From Azolla caroliniana (lineage: Eukaryota; Plantae; Polypodiophyta), in contig JBHGNT010000013.1 of NCBI GenBank assembly GCA_043228905.1, forward strand, positions 620,001-684,000: 64,000 nt of DNA, read 5' to 3'. Within the stretch, counting starts at the first letter, position 1; each line of letters starts with the position of its first letter. This document shows positions 1 through 13,337 of the stretch, one piece after another. Below the pieces are notes generated by a model. The model made no database searches. It saw nothing but the letters and a program-made list of their open reading frames with translations, and was not told where the DNA came from. Made by a program: the position numbers and the translations under genes.

Positions 1-115
1 AAAGCCTAAAGATATACTTGCACGAGGAATAAATATCCACAAGTTAACTAAAGCCTAAAGATACACTAAAATGTACCGCAATAATTTCAGAGAGTTTACA
101 AGATGAGCAAACCAC

Positions 116-800
116 ATTATCAGAATTCATTGACGCCATTGAAGGAATGTAGTATACATATACATATACATATTTACATACATATTACATAAATATCAGA
201 ACCTTGCCAGTTTCTGGTAAAACCATCAAAAGTCATATCAGAATTCATTGAAGCCATTGAAGGAATGTAGTATACATATACATATACATAATTACATACA
301 TATTACATATTTGCATACATATCAGAACCTTTGCCAGTTTCTGGTAAAACCATCAAAACTCATATCAGAATTCATTGAAGCCATTGAAGGAATGTAGTAT
401 ACATATACATATACATATTTGCATACATATCAGAACCTTTGCCAGTTTCTGGTAAAACCATCAAAACTCATATCAGAATTCATTGAAGCCATTGAAGGAA
501 TGTAGTATACATATACATATACATATTTACATACATATCAGAACCTTTGCCAGTTTCTGGTAAAACCATCAAAACTCATATCAGAATTCATTGACGCCAT
601 TGAAGGAATGTAGTATACATATACATATACATATTTACATACATATTACATACATATCAGAACCTTGCCAGTTACTGGTAAAACCATCAAAACTCATATC
701 AGAATTCATTGAAGCCATTGAAGGAATGTAGTATACATATACATATACATATCGGAACCTTGCCAGTTTCTAGCAGAGAGTGAAACCATCAAAACTCTTA
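116..800. repeat. Intronic tandem repeat, about 6 copies of a 108-127 bp unit
   Basis: Unit TATCAGAATTCATTGAAGCCATTGAAGGAATGTAGTATACATATACAT...CAGAACCTTTGCCAGTTTCTGGTAAAACCATCAAAACTC starts near 118, 236, 363, 471, 579 and 697. Length varies within the (TACATA)n part. Confidence 0.95.
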
Positions 801-801
801 C

Positions 802-1503
802 CAGAACGGCCCGATGAGCTCTGATTTTTGATCCTTCTGAGCATTCCAGCACAATATCAGCACATCCTTCATCCATGGCTTCAGGAGACCATGTCTTCAG
901 GAAGGCGATTTGGGCCCGAAGCTCATCGATCTCTTTCTTAAGGGCTTCTTTTGTTTCCGATGCTTCATCATAACACTCTCTACATGTCCCTGCCCCTCTC
1001 CTACTGTAGACTTCTTTGCAAGAAAGGCAAGTCATGGATCTGCTGCCACTCCCACTACCCCTATACTGATGTGAATATAGAACAAGGTGGTGATCGTCTC
1101 GTGGGTAATCTAGACCTCTCTGATAAACTTCCTCGATTTCTTCTTCTCCTTCTTCCTCGCCGTCTTCCTCTTCCTCTTCCTCTTCCTCTCGTTCTCTACC
1201 TTCGATCGACGATGCAGAGGTAACAGAGCCTTCTTCAAGCCCTTCTTCTTCTTCTTCTTCTTCTTCTTCTTCTTCGTCTTCTTCTTCCTCCTCTTCGAGA
1301 CCTTCTTCTTCTTCTTCTTCTTGGTTATGGTGGTGATAATTCATCTCGCTGGCTATGGCGATGGCTGGATGAAGGCATTCGGGCACCCACTCTGCGAATC
1401 GGTCGAGAGGGGAAGCAAAGGAAGCAAAGGAGGAGGAGGAGGAGGAAGAAGAAGAAGAAGAAGAAGAAGAAGAAGAGTAAGGGTAGAGGGCATAGCTGAG
1501 CAT
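802..1503 (-). CDS. First coding exon of a BTB/POZ domain protein (At4g08455-like) with an acidic/Ser-rich N-terminal extension; rest of the gene lies left of the window
   Basis: Encodes MTCLSCKEVYSRRGAGTCRECYDEASETKEALKKEIDELRAQIAFL...DIVLECSEGSKIRAHRAVL, recognisable as the CxxC..GTCxECY/coiled-coil/BTB start of At4g08455-type proteins. Phase-0 donor CTG|GTAAGA at 801. First ATG at 1503; the conserved region begins at ATG 1035. Confidence 0.88.
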
Positions 1504-1509
1504 TGGCAC

Positions 1510-1546
1510 TCTGCCTGCCTGTCTCTCTGTCTGTGTCTGTCTGTGT

Positions 1547-1588
<42 letters not shown>

Positions 1589-1772
1589 ACTGTGGGGACA
1601 GAAATACAGAAGAGAAGAAGACAAGAGAGACAACATCAAACATTTGTGTGTGTGTGTGTGTGTGGAGAGAGAGAGAGAGATAGAGAGAGAGAGAAGAGAG
1701 AGAGAAGAGAGAGAAGAGAGAGAAGAGAGAGAGAGAGAAGAGAGAGAGAAGAGAGAAGAGAGAGAGAGAGAG
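1510..1772. repeat. Compound (TC/TG)n and (AG)n microsatellite in the 5' UTR/promoter of the BTB gene
   Basis: Long AG and TG runs directly upstream of ATG 1503. Confidence 0.95.
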
Positions 1773-2002
1773 GAGCCAATGGAGACCAGGAGGTCATGGG
1801 TTCAACCCCCTACATTCCACAAGTGGCAACTAGTGAATTAAAAGAGATATATGTATATATGAAGTATGTAATAGAGAGGTGAGGTAACTGGGTTTCGAAC
1901 CCAAGATATAGTGCTTGTAGTGTAACAACTTACTACTAGGATAAGGTACTTACGAAAAGAAGAAGAAGAGAGAGGAGTCAAGCATAAGGAAGAGAATCAA
2001 CC

Positions 2003-2033
<31 letters not shown>

Positions 2034-2352
2034 AACGCATACAATCCAATAACATTACAGTATCGAGTAAAATCGGTATAACTCTCACCCACTAGTTTCT
2101 AATCTAAGCTTAGAGCTTAGAGTAATCTAATTTGTCTGGCCTATGAACTGTTTGGTTCCTCCTCCCTCCTTATGTGTTCGTCACTTCTTGATTATATAGC
2201 TTTTCCTTGACTCGGCACTTTCCCAACTACTCCCTCCTTGATCTTCGGCTTCTACCTTCGGTTGTTTGTAATCGACTTCTTTTGGTCCTTTCACGTTCGT
2301 TCCCGCGTCTTTTCCACTCTTGCCATACTTGTTCCCTTCACTCTTTGTCCCT

Positions 2353-5300
2353 TCACCACAACAGGAAACCGGAAGATAGAGAATTAGAAGGAAGCCTGCA
2401 GAGCTCGGTCCGGCAACACTTCGTTCTCCCCATATTGTGGATACCTTCTTAGTCTTCTCTCCCTCCTTTTATAGTTCAAGGCTGTTAAGACAACTGCTTT
2501 CTGTCCTTCATCCTCTCCTCGATTTTCTCCCATCATATCTTCTCATTCCTCTCTTTTTGTGGGACATTAAATTACCCATCAAAATCACACTCTCTAGTAC
2601 TTATTAGTCTTATGTTATTTACACACTTTGTACATAAAGACAAATTTCGTGTGCATTTGCGCACACCCTTGTTCACGTGCATCTGGCTCCATTTTCTTCC
2701 TCTGGCCGGAATCCTTCACGACATCCACCCCCACCAAACCGCACATCCTCCGGCATGTGCCAAGTAGTGAAGTGGTGGGGATTCCATGTCAGTCTTCACT
2801 CGTCCTCTTCTGAACCGTCACAAATCTAGTCTTCATCCGGCTCCTCATTCTCGTTTGCGCTACCGACCTCTTCCTTTGGATCCGGTTTGAATTCGTGTCG
2901 CTTCTTGATGGCCTTTATTTGATTTCCCATAGAAGATATTGCTATTCTCATCCCATCGAGCTCCACAGGGTGGTATGTCGCATTGTCGTTGGCGCTTGCC
3001 ACTACATACAGCCCGAACCACCATTGCGCGAACTTCCGGGTCAACCGGTGCTGGTTGTGGAGGTTGTTGTCGTAAACCAGCACCCAGTCACCTTCGTCGA
3101 TCTTCTTTGGCCAGAGTCGGTGCAGCCGATTGAACCATTGTTTTTTCCTTCCCCGCGCCACGTGTAGCTTTTCCTGTCCGAACATCTGTCCGAACATGAG
3201 TTCGGATGACATGTATCCGGTCACCAAACTATGTGTAGTTTGGTCAACCCGTAGCGCATAAGGTAGGAACCTTGGCTAGTTCTTATCTCATCCGTGGCAT
3301 GCTCGTACAATGGCCTTCACAATCAACCCATGCCCGTGTTCCACCTTTCTGTTCGCCTCCGGATTGTATGCCGTCGTGAGGGAAAGCTTGAGCCCTAGTC
3401 GGTCGAATAGCTCCACCGCTTCTTGCGCGTCTAACTCCCCTCAATCGGCTACTATCTTCCCTACGCACCCGTACCAACAAATCACATCTTCGAGCAGGAA
3501 TCAACATACGGTTGCAGTTGTCTTGTTTGTCAACGCTCGGCCCTCCACCTGGTTCGTCAGGTCTTCTCGCGCAAGCACAAGGTACCGCATTTGCCTTACC
3601 CCCATCGACATTGTCACTAAATCGACCATCCACTTGAAGTGAATGGTTGGCGGGTAGGTTGGGTGCAACTTGTCTCAGTGCTGGATCGTTGAATGCATCT
3701 AGTAGCTCTCACACGTTGACACAAAGTGATGCACATATCCGTACATCCCCGGCTACCAGTACTTCTCTTTTAGCCTTTCAAATGTTGCCCACGTGCCCAA
3801 TGTCTGAACCAGGAGCTTTCGTGGAATTCCGACACGAGCATCGACTATTCCTCCTCCGTCACCACCTAGAGTGGTGTGCTGGTCCGCTTATTCGAATGTC
3901 GCCGAATCTTCCCGTCTCATAGGAAGAACCGGTAAGCCTTCTTCCGAATCCGAGCCGCTTCCTCTTTTGTCTATGTCGCATCCGACGCCATCGTGCTCAG
4001 GAACCACCATGCCGAATTCTTCGTCCTCCGATACCATGTCGTCCTCATTGTTGTACCATGCTCTCAATAACATGTTGGCCATGGCTTTGTCTTTTCCGAA
4101 GTTGTGTTTTATCTCCGGATTCAGGGACTTGATGTATGTATCCTCCTAAGCATCGCTAGGTTGGGAGTTGTGCATCTGGAAATAATACCAAGAATCGGTA
4201 TCCCGATTAGTTCCAGTCGACACAAGTCCGAGCAGAATCGAATGGATGATCAATCAAGAGAACGACACAGGCACACGGTTCCCCATCCAGTTCGATGGGT
4301 GTCGTTGAACAAGATTGCCTCCGCGGTGCCATTGATCTCTTCGTCGGGGCCCAATTCTCCGCATGCCTTCAAATATCCTTCGGCATGATTCTCCACACGC
4401 CTTCAAACGTCCTTCAACAAGTTTCTTTTCCTGGCTACCGATGCTAGCTATGGTACAACCTCCATTAACAGAGGGCCAACATTTCCTACTTAATGTACAA
4501 GTGTGGGGGTTTTTCCAGTAGTCTGGACTATCGCGGCCCACACCTTGATAGCCCTCTTGAAAAATCCTCTCAATCGTCATTGCCGAGAGTGTCGTGATTT
4601 TGCTCGTGGTTGGGCCGAACCATCAAGAATTGGACGAAGTGTCGGTCGTCCTAGTTCTTTACCCTCACGTAGGCTAAACCATTGTCTAGCACTTTGGTCT
4701 CCGTTCGAGCCGCCGTAATGTAAGGTTCACCCAAGATGACCGGATACGAGGAGGATTCCTACACAAAGAAGTGTTGGTTGATCTCGATGTCACTGACCTT
4801 CACTTGGACATTCGGGCACGCTCCCTGTAGCTCCTCTATGGCTCGGGTCGCCGCACATATCTTCCACCTGCCCTTCTTGTAAAAATCCATGGACATCAGA
4901 TTTATTTCAGACATGTGGTCGATCAACGCCACGACTGGCTCCTACACATCACCGATCCGGACCGACGTCTTCGTCATAGCTCTTGCCCAATGCGGCTTCA
5001 TGTAGTGACTATTCGGAAATTCTTCTTCCATTGCCACCTCTTCGATGTGGGCTGCCTTTACCTCGGCCGGCTTCTCAGGCTCCGGCTCCACCAAGAGTCG
5101 CTTCCTCTTCACAAGGTCAACGATGCCGTCGTGGAACTCCTTCTTCGCTATTCCCAACACTTTGCTCAACTGTCAAGGATCCAATGTCCTAGACAATGTC
5201 TTCACACTTCCCAACACTTTGGTCGGCCGAACGTAGGCTTTCAGATCCAATGCCCTTCTCTCCGCCTACCCGGATCCCTATCGACACCGAGTTGTGAATG

Positions 5301-7208
5301 GCCTCAATGTTTTGGGCCGCGGCTTCCTCCATTATCCGCTTCATCCCCCCTCAGTCGGTGTTCAGTTTGAGGGGTTTCTGGGTCTCACAAGTGTGCATCC
5401 GGCCGTTCCACAGGTACATGACGTTGTTTCTAAATACGTCAACAAAGTCGACGCAGTCTCTCCGCATGTGGTTGATGCCATCACACCACATGCATCTCTG
5501 GTCGATCGGAGGGCGCCGATCGCGTGATTGAGCGCTGCCTTCGCTCTGGGCTTGAGCGATATGAAGGTCGCGCACCCTCTTTGTTAGCTCCTCCAAAGCG
5601 ACTCCCCGGATGGCCCCTTTACTATGTCGGCCGGAGCTGCGCCTGACTCGTCTCTTCCGTCCGCGTGGGAATCAGTTCCCCCGGCTTCTTCACGGCAGTC
5701 GGGCTGGCCGACGTCGCGCCCTCGTTGTTCTATTCCTGCTGTTTATCGAAACGGTTGCAAACGCCCTTTACCACGGTCCAGTTGGTCATGAGTCCATCAT
5801 TCATATCCAATAGGAGACCCACATTTGCACGATCAAGCGGGTCGACCGACTTGATGAATAACAAGACCTTGCTCGTATCACGCACGGTCCGGTCCAACGC
5901 CAAAAGGCATGCGAATCACTTCTCAAATTCCTAAAGAAGCACCGATGTGTTTCGTCCCTTTTCAGGGAGCTCGATCCACTCCATAAATTCCCTCTCAGAC
6001 AACTGAAGCGATTCGTTGAAGCCATACCTTTTGAGGAGCCACTCCTCGAGCTCCAACCAATTCCGCCAGTTGGCTTGTATTTCGAGCACCTCTGCATGGA
6101 TGCTCGGTGTGACAACTCAGGGAAATCCGGATAGCCGCATGTCCTCTGGGATGTCCCGCATCAACATCTCGTCCTTATAGGCCTCCAAGTAGCTTGAGAC
6201 ATCCATTCCGTTGAATCGGCCCATCGTGCCGACCATCGTTTCTATGGCCTTGTTGAGGCCACCTACGCTCTCCCGCACATTCAATATATAGTCGATGCTC
6301 ACCGCCACCGCATTTGCAAGTTCGTTTCCTCTCATCTTGGACTCCTCTCTCGTCCCCTTTCATGTTGGGTTGACCAAAGATGTCGTGGATATCCGCGTGT
6401 ATGTGTTGAAACAAGGCGGGACCATCGGAGCCGGTAAGGGAAGAAGAAATGTTGGGATCCGTGTCCGGGTAACTCTAACCGGAAAGCTATTCCGGAGTTG
6501 GTAGAAAGAGGATTATCCGGATCTGTTTCTGGGTAACTTTGCTGAAGCACGATCCAAACACGTAACCGATTCAGACTAGTCTCCGAACGCGGAATGGTGA
6601 GCACACAGGCTCGACACGCGTTATCGGTTCCGGAGCTGTGCCAGATAGTGAACAATGAGCTCACAGGCTCACACACTTGGGTACGCACATGCAAGTGAGT
6701 AGGAGCGGTGATAAGAAAACGACAGAGACAGAGAACCATGAAACAACAAAATAGTCTATTAATCTATACCAAGAGAATTACAACCGGTCTCGGCTGGCAA
6801 CGGAGCTTCGAGCTCCCCTCACTCACACACGCAGACACAAGTGAGCCTCTGTTCGAGAGCACACAGGCTACCAACTCGAAACAGAGGGCCTCACAACACC
6901 ACAATAGGAAGCCAGAAAACATAGAATAAGATGGAAGCCTGCAGAGCTGGGTTTGGCAGCTCTTCGTTCTAACTTCTCCCCAGATCGTGGATACCTTCTG
7001 AGTCTTCTCTCCCTCCTTTTATAGTTCAAGGTGGCCTCTCTTTTTGTGGGAGATTAAAGTACATCAAAATCACACTCTCTAGTACTTATTAGTACTATGT
7101 TATTTACACACTTTGTACATAAAGGCAAATTTTGTGTGCATTTGTGCACACCTCCGTTCATGTGCATCTGGCTCCGTTTTCTTCCTCTGGCCGGAATCCT
7201 TCACGACA
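2353..7208 (-). mobile_element. Element A: degenerate, internally deleted Trp-primed Ty3/Gypsy LTR retrotransposon
   Basis: 5' LTR 6381-7208 (TG...CA). 3' LTR remnant about 2353-2723 with PPT TGGGGGTGGA at 2724-2733. Degenerate Trp PBS at 6361-6376. Gag, Zn-knuckle (CMWCDGINHMRRDC), protease and integrase fragments homologous to elements B and C. RT core is missing (jump near 4200-4260). Confidence 0.88.
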
Positions 7209-7212
7209 CCGT

Positions 7213-10200
7213 GGAACAGTGCCTTGCACGTCGAACCCCGAAAATTGGCATAAATCGAAAAACTCGAAAATATTGTATACTTGAAAATATCGAAAAATGC
7301 TATTGACATACATTATGTTGACATAAAAGGCGGACTCCTTCCACTTTGTAACCGTAGTGTGAACACATCCTCTAGTTAGGGCATGAGTATATAAGCTCAA
7401 CCCTAACATTGTAACGATAATATTCTTGAATCTTTGAGTGTAGAGTTACAGAGTGAGAGCGAAATAAGAACTTCCATTAGAGCTCCAAACGTGTCTACAT
7501 TTTTGTCTCTTCCTCTATCATACTTTCTGTGTTGTTTGTTGAGATAATACCACCGGTCCTCATACACGCATGTTCGCATACTTGTCAACAAGTGGTATCA
7601 GAGCAACTTGTTGTTCAGCAGCAACAAAACAGCAGAAAAAGCTGAAAGAAAATACCAGGTCAGTAAAATCTCACTTTCAAAAGAGAACATGGCTTCAACA
7701 TCTGGTACAGGGTTGAAATCAGAAAGTTCAACCGCAAACATTTTGTTCTATGGAAGGAGATGATGCAGGATTTACTTATCATCCAACGTCGAATCAAGGC
7801 AATACGGCACAGGAACAAGACAACTTCAATGACAACAGAAGAATGATGTTCACTGGACGAAATTGCCAGGTTGACCATTCATATGCATCTGGCTAAAAAC
7901 CTCTATTTTAGCATGGCAAAAGAGACGACATTGTTCTCATCGTGGGAGAAGATGCAGGTTGTATATACAAAAAGAAATCATCCTCATCAAAGTTAATACT
8001 GATTCGACAAGGGATCAACTTCAAAGAAGAAGTTAAAGCCCTTGCCCTCCTCTCGAGCTTTCCGGCGAGTTGGGAGGTTTTCTACACGACATTCGCAAAC
8101 AACTGTCCAAATCTCAATTTGGACGAGACAATCAGACAAGTCCTCAATGAGGATATTCGGCGAAAATCAATGGGACTGACCATTGACAAGTCGGCAGAAG
8201 CCAAACACTCGAATGAGTTGATCGACCAATCCAGCGAATTGAGAGAACATCTCGATAGAACCGGTCGGAACACTAGTCGGCCGGGTAAGAGTGGAGACCG
8301 ACAACGGTCAAAGTTGGGAAATAGCCGAGCAAGTGATTTTGCATGCATTGCAGAAAAGCTGGCCACAATATTTCCAATTGCTCGTTGATCAAGAGCAAAG
8401 AGAGTGGCCGGCGATCCAAGCGGAACCAAGGATGATCCAACTCGAACCGTCTCTAGTTGGCAACCAAATAAAAGTTGCCGACACCCGATAAGGAGAAATT
8501 CTCTCTCTAGAGAACTCAATGATTGGAGAAGTCCTATACAATGCACAAAATGCACAAGCGTGGCTACTGGACTCTAGTGCCACATTCCATGTGACCCCAA
8601 ACATCAAATGGTTTTCGAAATATTCAGCCGAAGCTAGTGGCATAGTTCGACTAGGAAATGGGCAAGAGTGCAGAATTGCAGGAATTGGTGAAGTACTAAT
8701 CCGATTGTCAAATGACAATATGATCACCTTGGACCAAGTTCGGCATGTACCTGCACATGTTAGTCGGAGATGGGTATAGAATGACTCTAAGTGAGTCGAC
8801 ATGGATGATCAACCGAGGAAATCTAAAGATTGGAAACAAACACAAGTACAATAACTTTTATCCAATAATGACGATCAATCCAGAAGGGGCTGTGAATGTA
8901 GCTAAATCATCCGACCCAAACCTATGGCATGGCCGACTCGACCAGCTAATGGTGATCGGCTACATCCCTAAACTCCTAACGAAGATGGATTTTTGCGAGC
9001 ATTGTCGCTAGGGCAAACATACTCGAAGTCCGCACTCGCTCCACTACAAGACAATACGGCAACCCCTAGAGCTCGTGCACACAGACATATGTGGGTTGAT
9101 GCCCGAGCAATCACTAGGAGGCTCCTAGTACTTCATCACATTTGTAGATGACTATACACAGAATGTTTGGGGCTACTCGATTAGGTCAAAAGACGAAGCG
9201 CTCAAGGTCTTCACTTGATGGATAGATGAAGGGGAGAACCGATTAGGATACCGAGTGAAGATGCTCCAATTTGACAAAGGAGGTGAGTATACCTCCTGAG
9301 CCTTCAAACAATACCTGTCCAACAAAGGGATCCGGCACCAAAAGATTGTTCCATACACACCCATGCAGAATGGAGTAGTTGAACGTATAAACCGAACGAT
9401 TTAGGAGAGGGTGACGACAGTGCTCCAGCAAGCCGGACTAAAGCTGGAGTTCTAGGCCGAAGCATCGCAGACGGAAGTATATCTAATCAATCTATTGTCG
9501 TGGAAAGCAATAAGGCTTGAAGTGCCACAAGCACTATGGTGAGGCAAACAATCAACCTACAATAGACTCTATATATTTGAATGCGAAGCCTACGCATTCA
9601 TCCCCAGGGAGAAAAGAACCAAGTTGGCGCCCCATGCAAGAAAGTGCATATTTCTCGGTTATGGAACTGATGGGGAATTCAACTATCAACTATGGAACCC
9701 AGAGAAACGGAAACTGATCTGGAGCAGTGACATAGTCTTCAATGAAGACTCTATTCTCTTAGAGCAGAAGCAACAAAAAATAGTTGGTAAAAAGGTATCC
9801 TTCGAAGTTGACAAAGATGTCGTAGAAGGACCGACCCACCGGGCCAAATCAGAGATTTGACAAACAACCGAACTCGACCAAGGTGACAATAGACTTGCCG
9901 ACTCCGAATCGGCAAGAGGTTCACTAGTTGAAATGGATTCGACTAAGGTATTGACAAGATCAATATTGGCCAACCAAGGCAAAGACAAATAAGTTAGAAT
10001 CGAGAAAGGTAAAGCCGACAAGGTGAGAGTCGAAAATGACAGAGTCGATTCAACCGACACACCCACAAAGGCTAAGGGGAAAAGCTGAGCCAAGTCAACT
10101 AAGTCCCCCACCTATAAAATCAATCAATCCGAAATAGGGGAAGATGACGTAACATCGCCGAAATCCTATGATAGGGGCAAGTTATCCAACTGGACTCCTG

Positions 10201-12316
10201 ACATAAGTGGTTCAACAAATTCCAATTGACCGATCGAAGGATCCGAACCGATCAATTCGGCACCTAGGAGATCAGGACGAGTTTGACGGCCGATTGAGTT
10301 TAACCAACAACGCCTAAACTACGTCAAGTACATCAATGCAGGCGATCCAAGCACATATGAAGAAGCTATAGCCGCACCATATGCCGATACATGGTTACAA
10401 GCCACAAGATCCGAGATGGACTCGATCCATCAAAACATTACATGGGAGGTAGTTGAACGACGAGCTGGAAGGAAGTCGTTGCCCTGCAAATGGGCATTCA
10501 TATACAAATATGTATCCGATTTGGAGAAGCCCAAATAAAAAGCTCGGCTCATGGCGAAGGAATTCAAACAAGAACATGTGGTCGACTACGACAAAATATT
10601 CTCGCTAGTAGTCAAGATGATCACCCTACAGCTCCTCCTCGGGGTCGTGGCATTTGAAGACCTAGAGCTTGAGTAGCTAGACGTCAAGACGACTTTCCTA
10701 CGTGGAGACTTGGAAGAAGACATCATTATGTCTCAACTGGTAGGCTTCACGATGACAAGGGAGGAAGGTCACCTCGTATGTTGATTGAAGAAAAGCCTTT
10801 ATGGCTTAAAACAAGCGCTGAGGATGTGGTACCAGAAGTTCAACTTCTACATCTGACAGCTCCACTACAACCAGTTTGACTCCGACCCATGTCTATATAC
10901 TCGGAAACTAACCGATGAGTTCAAGATCTATCTGATCCTTTACGTTGACGATATGTTGATTGCAGGGAGAAATCATCGAAATCGAAAAACTAAAGTGGAG
11001 TCTTCACAACAAGTTTGCGATGAAGGAACTCAGAGAAGCCCGACACATACTGGGCATGAGGATAGAGCGAAATCGGATAGCAAAGACTCTCTGACACTCC
11101 CAGTCCGACTATATTCATAAGGTGCTAAAGTGCTTCAACATGGAGAATACAAATCCAACATTAACTCTACTACTGACATCGATGTGACTATCGAACAGAG
11201 ACTCTCCTTCGATGGATGAGGAGTGAGAGCTCAATAGGAAGATACGCTACGCATCGGCCGTAGGAAGTATCATGTACGCGATGGTGGAGACCCGACCCAA
11301 CCTTTCATATGTTGTAGGGGTCGTCAACCGGTACATGTCAAACCCAAGATGGAAGCATTTGGAGACTGTCAAGCACATCTTCAGGTACCTAAGAGAGACT
11401 GAAGATGCACAACCGACTTTCGGATCTGCAAATCCGACCGAAGTCGAAGGCTACATTGACTGCGACTATGTCGAAAATACAGAAAATAGGAAGTCGACAT
11501 CAGGATACATGTTCACCTATGCCGACGGTGCCATATCATGGAGGTCAAAGCTGCAAGAGTGCACGGCCATGTCGACCACAGAGGCTGCAAAGGAAGCCAT
11601 CTAGTTGCATCGATTGACTGCCGACTTCTCGGCTACGAGCTGAATTGATCGACCAACGTTGACCATCTATTGCGACTCACAGAACGCAATACACCTCATC
11701 AATAATCTTGTGTATCATGTGAAGACAAAGCATGTTGAGGTGCAATATCATCACATCTGGGAGCTAGTAACAAAGAAGAAGCTCGAAGTCTAGAAGATTG
11801 ACATCGAGGTGAACATCGCCGATTTCCTAACAAATCCACTCCTAGAACAACGCTTCGGAGCACTAAGGACAAGGATGGGACTATGACAAGTGACTGAGCC
11901 GAAGAGCGTCAAGCATGGAGTAGAAGGTAAGTTGATCATCAACCCAAGGCCGAGAGTAAGAATTGGACATGAGTCGATATAGACAAATGAGCTGACTTGA
12001 ATACAAAACGTTTCAAACAAGTCGATCTGACCGATTAAGACAAAACGATCCAAATGACTAGCTGAATCAGGCTATATACCGATTCTACCTTTGCTTGAGT
12101 ATATAAGCTGAACCCTAACATTGTAACGATAATCTTCTTGAATCTCTAAGTGTAGAGTTACAGAGAGAGAGAGCGAAATAAGAACTTCAATTAGAGCTCC
12201 AAACTGTGTCTACGTTTCTGTCTTTTCATCTATCATACTTTCTGTGCTGTTTGCTAAGCATAATACCACCGATCGTCATACATGCTTCCGTATATCTGTT
12301 CGCATACTTGTCAACA
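7213..12316 (+). mobile_element. Element G: degenerate Ty1/Copia element (Tnt1/Tork-like)
   Basis: LTR 3' ends ...CTTGTCAACA at 7590 and 12316, homologous over about 7384-7590 and 12096-12316. PBS-Met TGGTATCAGAGC at 7593-7604. Protease WLLDSSATFHVTP, integrase, RT (LYVDDML near 10940) and RNase H (KSTSGYMF) fragments with many stops. Left boundary is uncertain. Confidence 0.88.
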
Positions 12317-12694
12317 CATTAGTCTTCTTCCAAAATTGGAAAAATGTTGTCAGCTTGTGCTGACTCCTCTGGTTTGTCGATGAGTTTAGCGGAGAGATTG
12401 GCCCTGTAATCTAGAGGCACGACTTGCTCTTCCCTTATTTCATTCTCCGGAATGGTCTGGTGGGTTAGTGTGTATGGTGCCGCTTCTTGTTCCTCCTGCT
12501 GGTGAACCAAATCCTCGGGCTCCTATGCTTGTGCTTGGCGCACCGGATCCTCACTTTGCAATTCTTTTGGTTCTTGTGTTGCGCTTTCGAGCAAGACTTC
12601 CTCGATTCCTTGTGTAGAGGTCGTTGCAACCTTCGTAGCCTAGAGGTGCTCGCATTCATACCCATCCATTTCGATGGCGAGTAGGAGTTGATCG

Positions 12695-13337
12695 TGTTAG
12701 GAAACGGGTCCCTCCGGATGGGAAGTGGTGAGAACCGGATGACGAGTACCCGACAACGGAAGACCCGGTGAGAACCGGATGTGGAGTACCCAGCTATGGA
12801 AGACCTGGTGACAACCGGATGACGAGTACCGGGCAAGAGCCGGATGGTGAAGGCTCAGTGAGAAGTGCTCACCGGATGAAGGGACATATTTGTAAATATG
12901 TTTTCTGAGAGTCCATCGGGGCTATATTTGTAAATAACCGAAAAGTCATATTAGTATAAATATGACTTAGGGCAAACTTAGTGGTAATATTGTAGTTGTC
13001 ATTCTTGTTGGTGCAAGATTTGAGTGCGTGACTGTGTAATGAGAGAGAGAGAGAGAGAGAGAGAGGAAGAGGTCGTTGCCTCTGTTGTAACCGCCGCCTG
13101 TGGCGAAGATAGCAAGCTCGAGGTTGTTGCCTCGGTGCTTTACTATTGTACATTGTGATATAGTGATAGTTTGCAGTCTGTGGGCTGCCGTAGTTTTTCC
13201 CTAGTTTGGGTTTTCCACGTAAACATACTGTGTACTCTTCTCTTCACTGTGTCGTGCGTACCTTACCCGTTTTCTATGTTTGATCCTAGACTCGGTTGTG
13301 GCCGAGCGTTGTGCTTACGGAGCGTGTATTCCTGTCA
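12695..13337 (+). repeat. 5' LTR of Copia F (643 bp, three copies of a 40-bp U3 repeat)
   Basis: TGTTAGGAAAC...CCTGTCA followed by AAG and TGGTATTAGAG. Confidence 0.92.

Noticed and set aside
116-800. CRISPR-like array
   Set aside because: Whole units are repeated with no unique spacers; it is an ordinary intronic minisatellite.
706-801. C-terminal 31 aa of the 267-aa ORF
   Set aside because: Read-through into the intron past a canonical donor, where BTB similarity stops.
1321-1882. Short ORFs rich in RE/LS/CV repeats (also 23014-23283 and 59074-59337)
   Set aside because: Translations of microsatellites or AT-rich low-complexity DNA.
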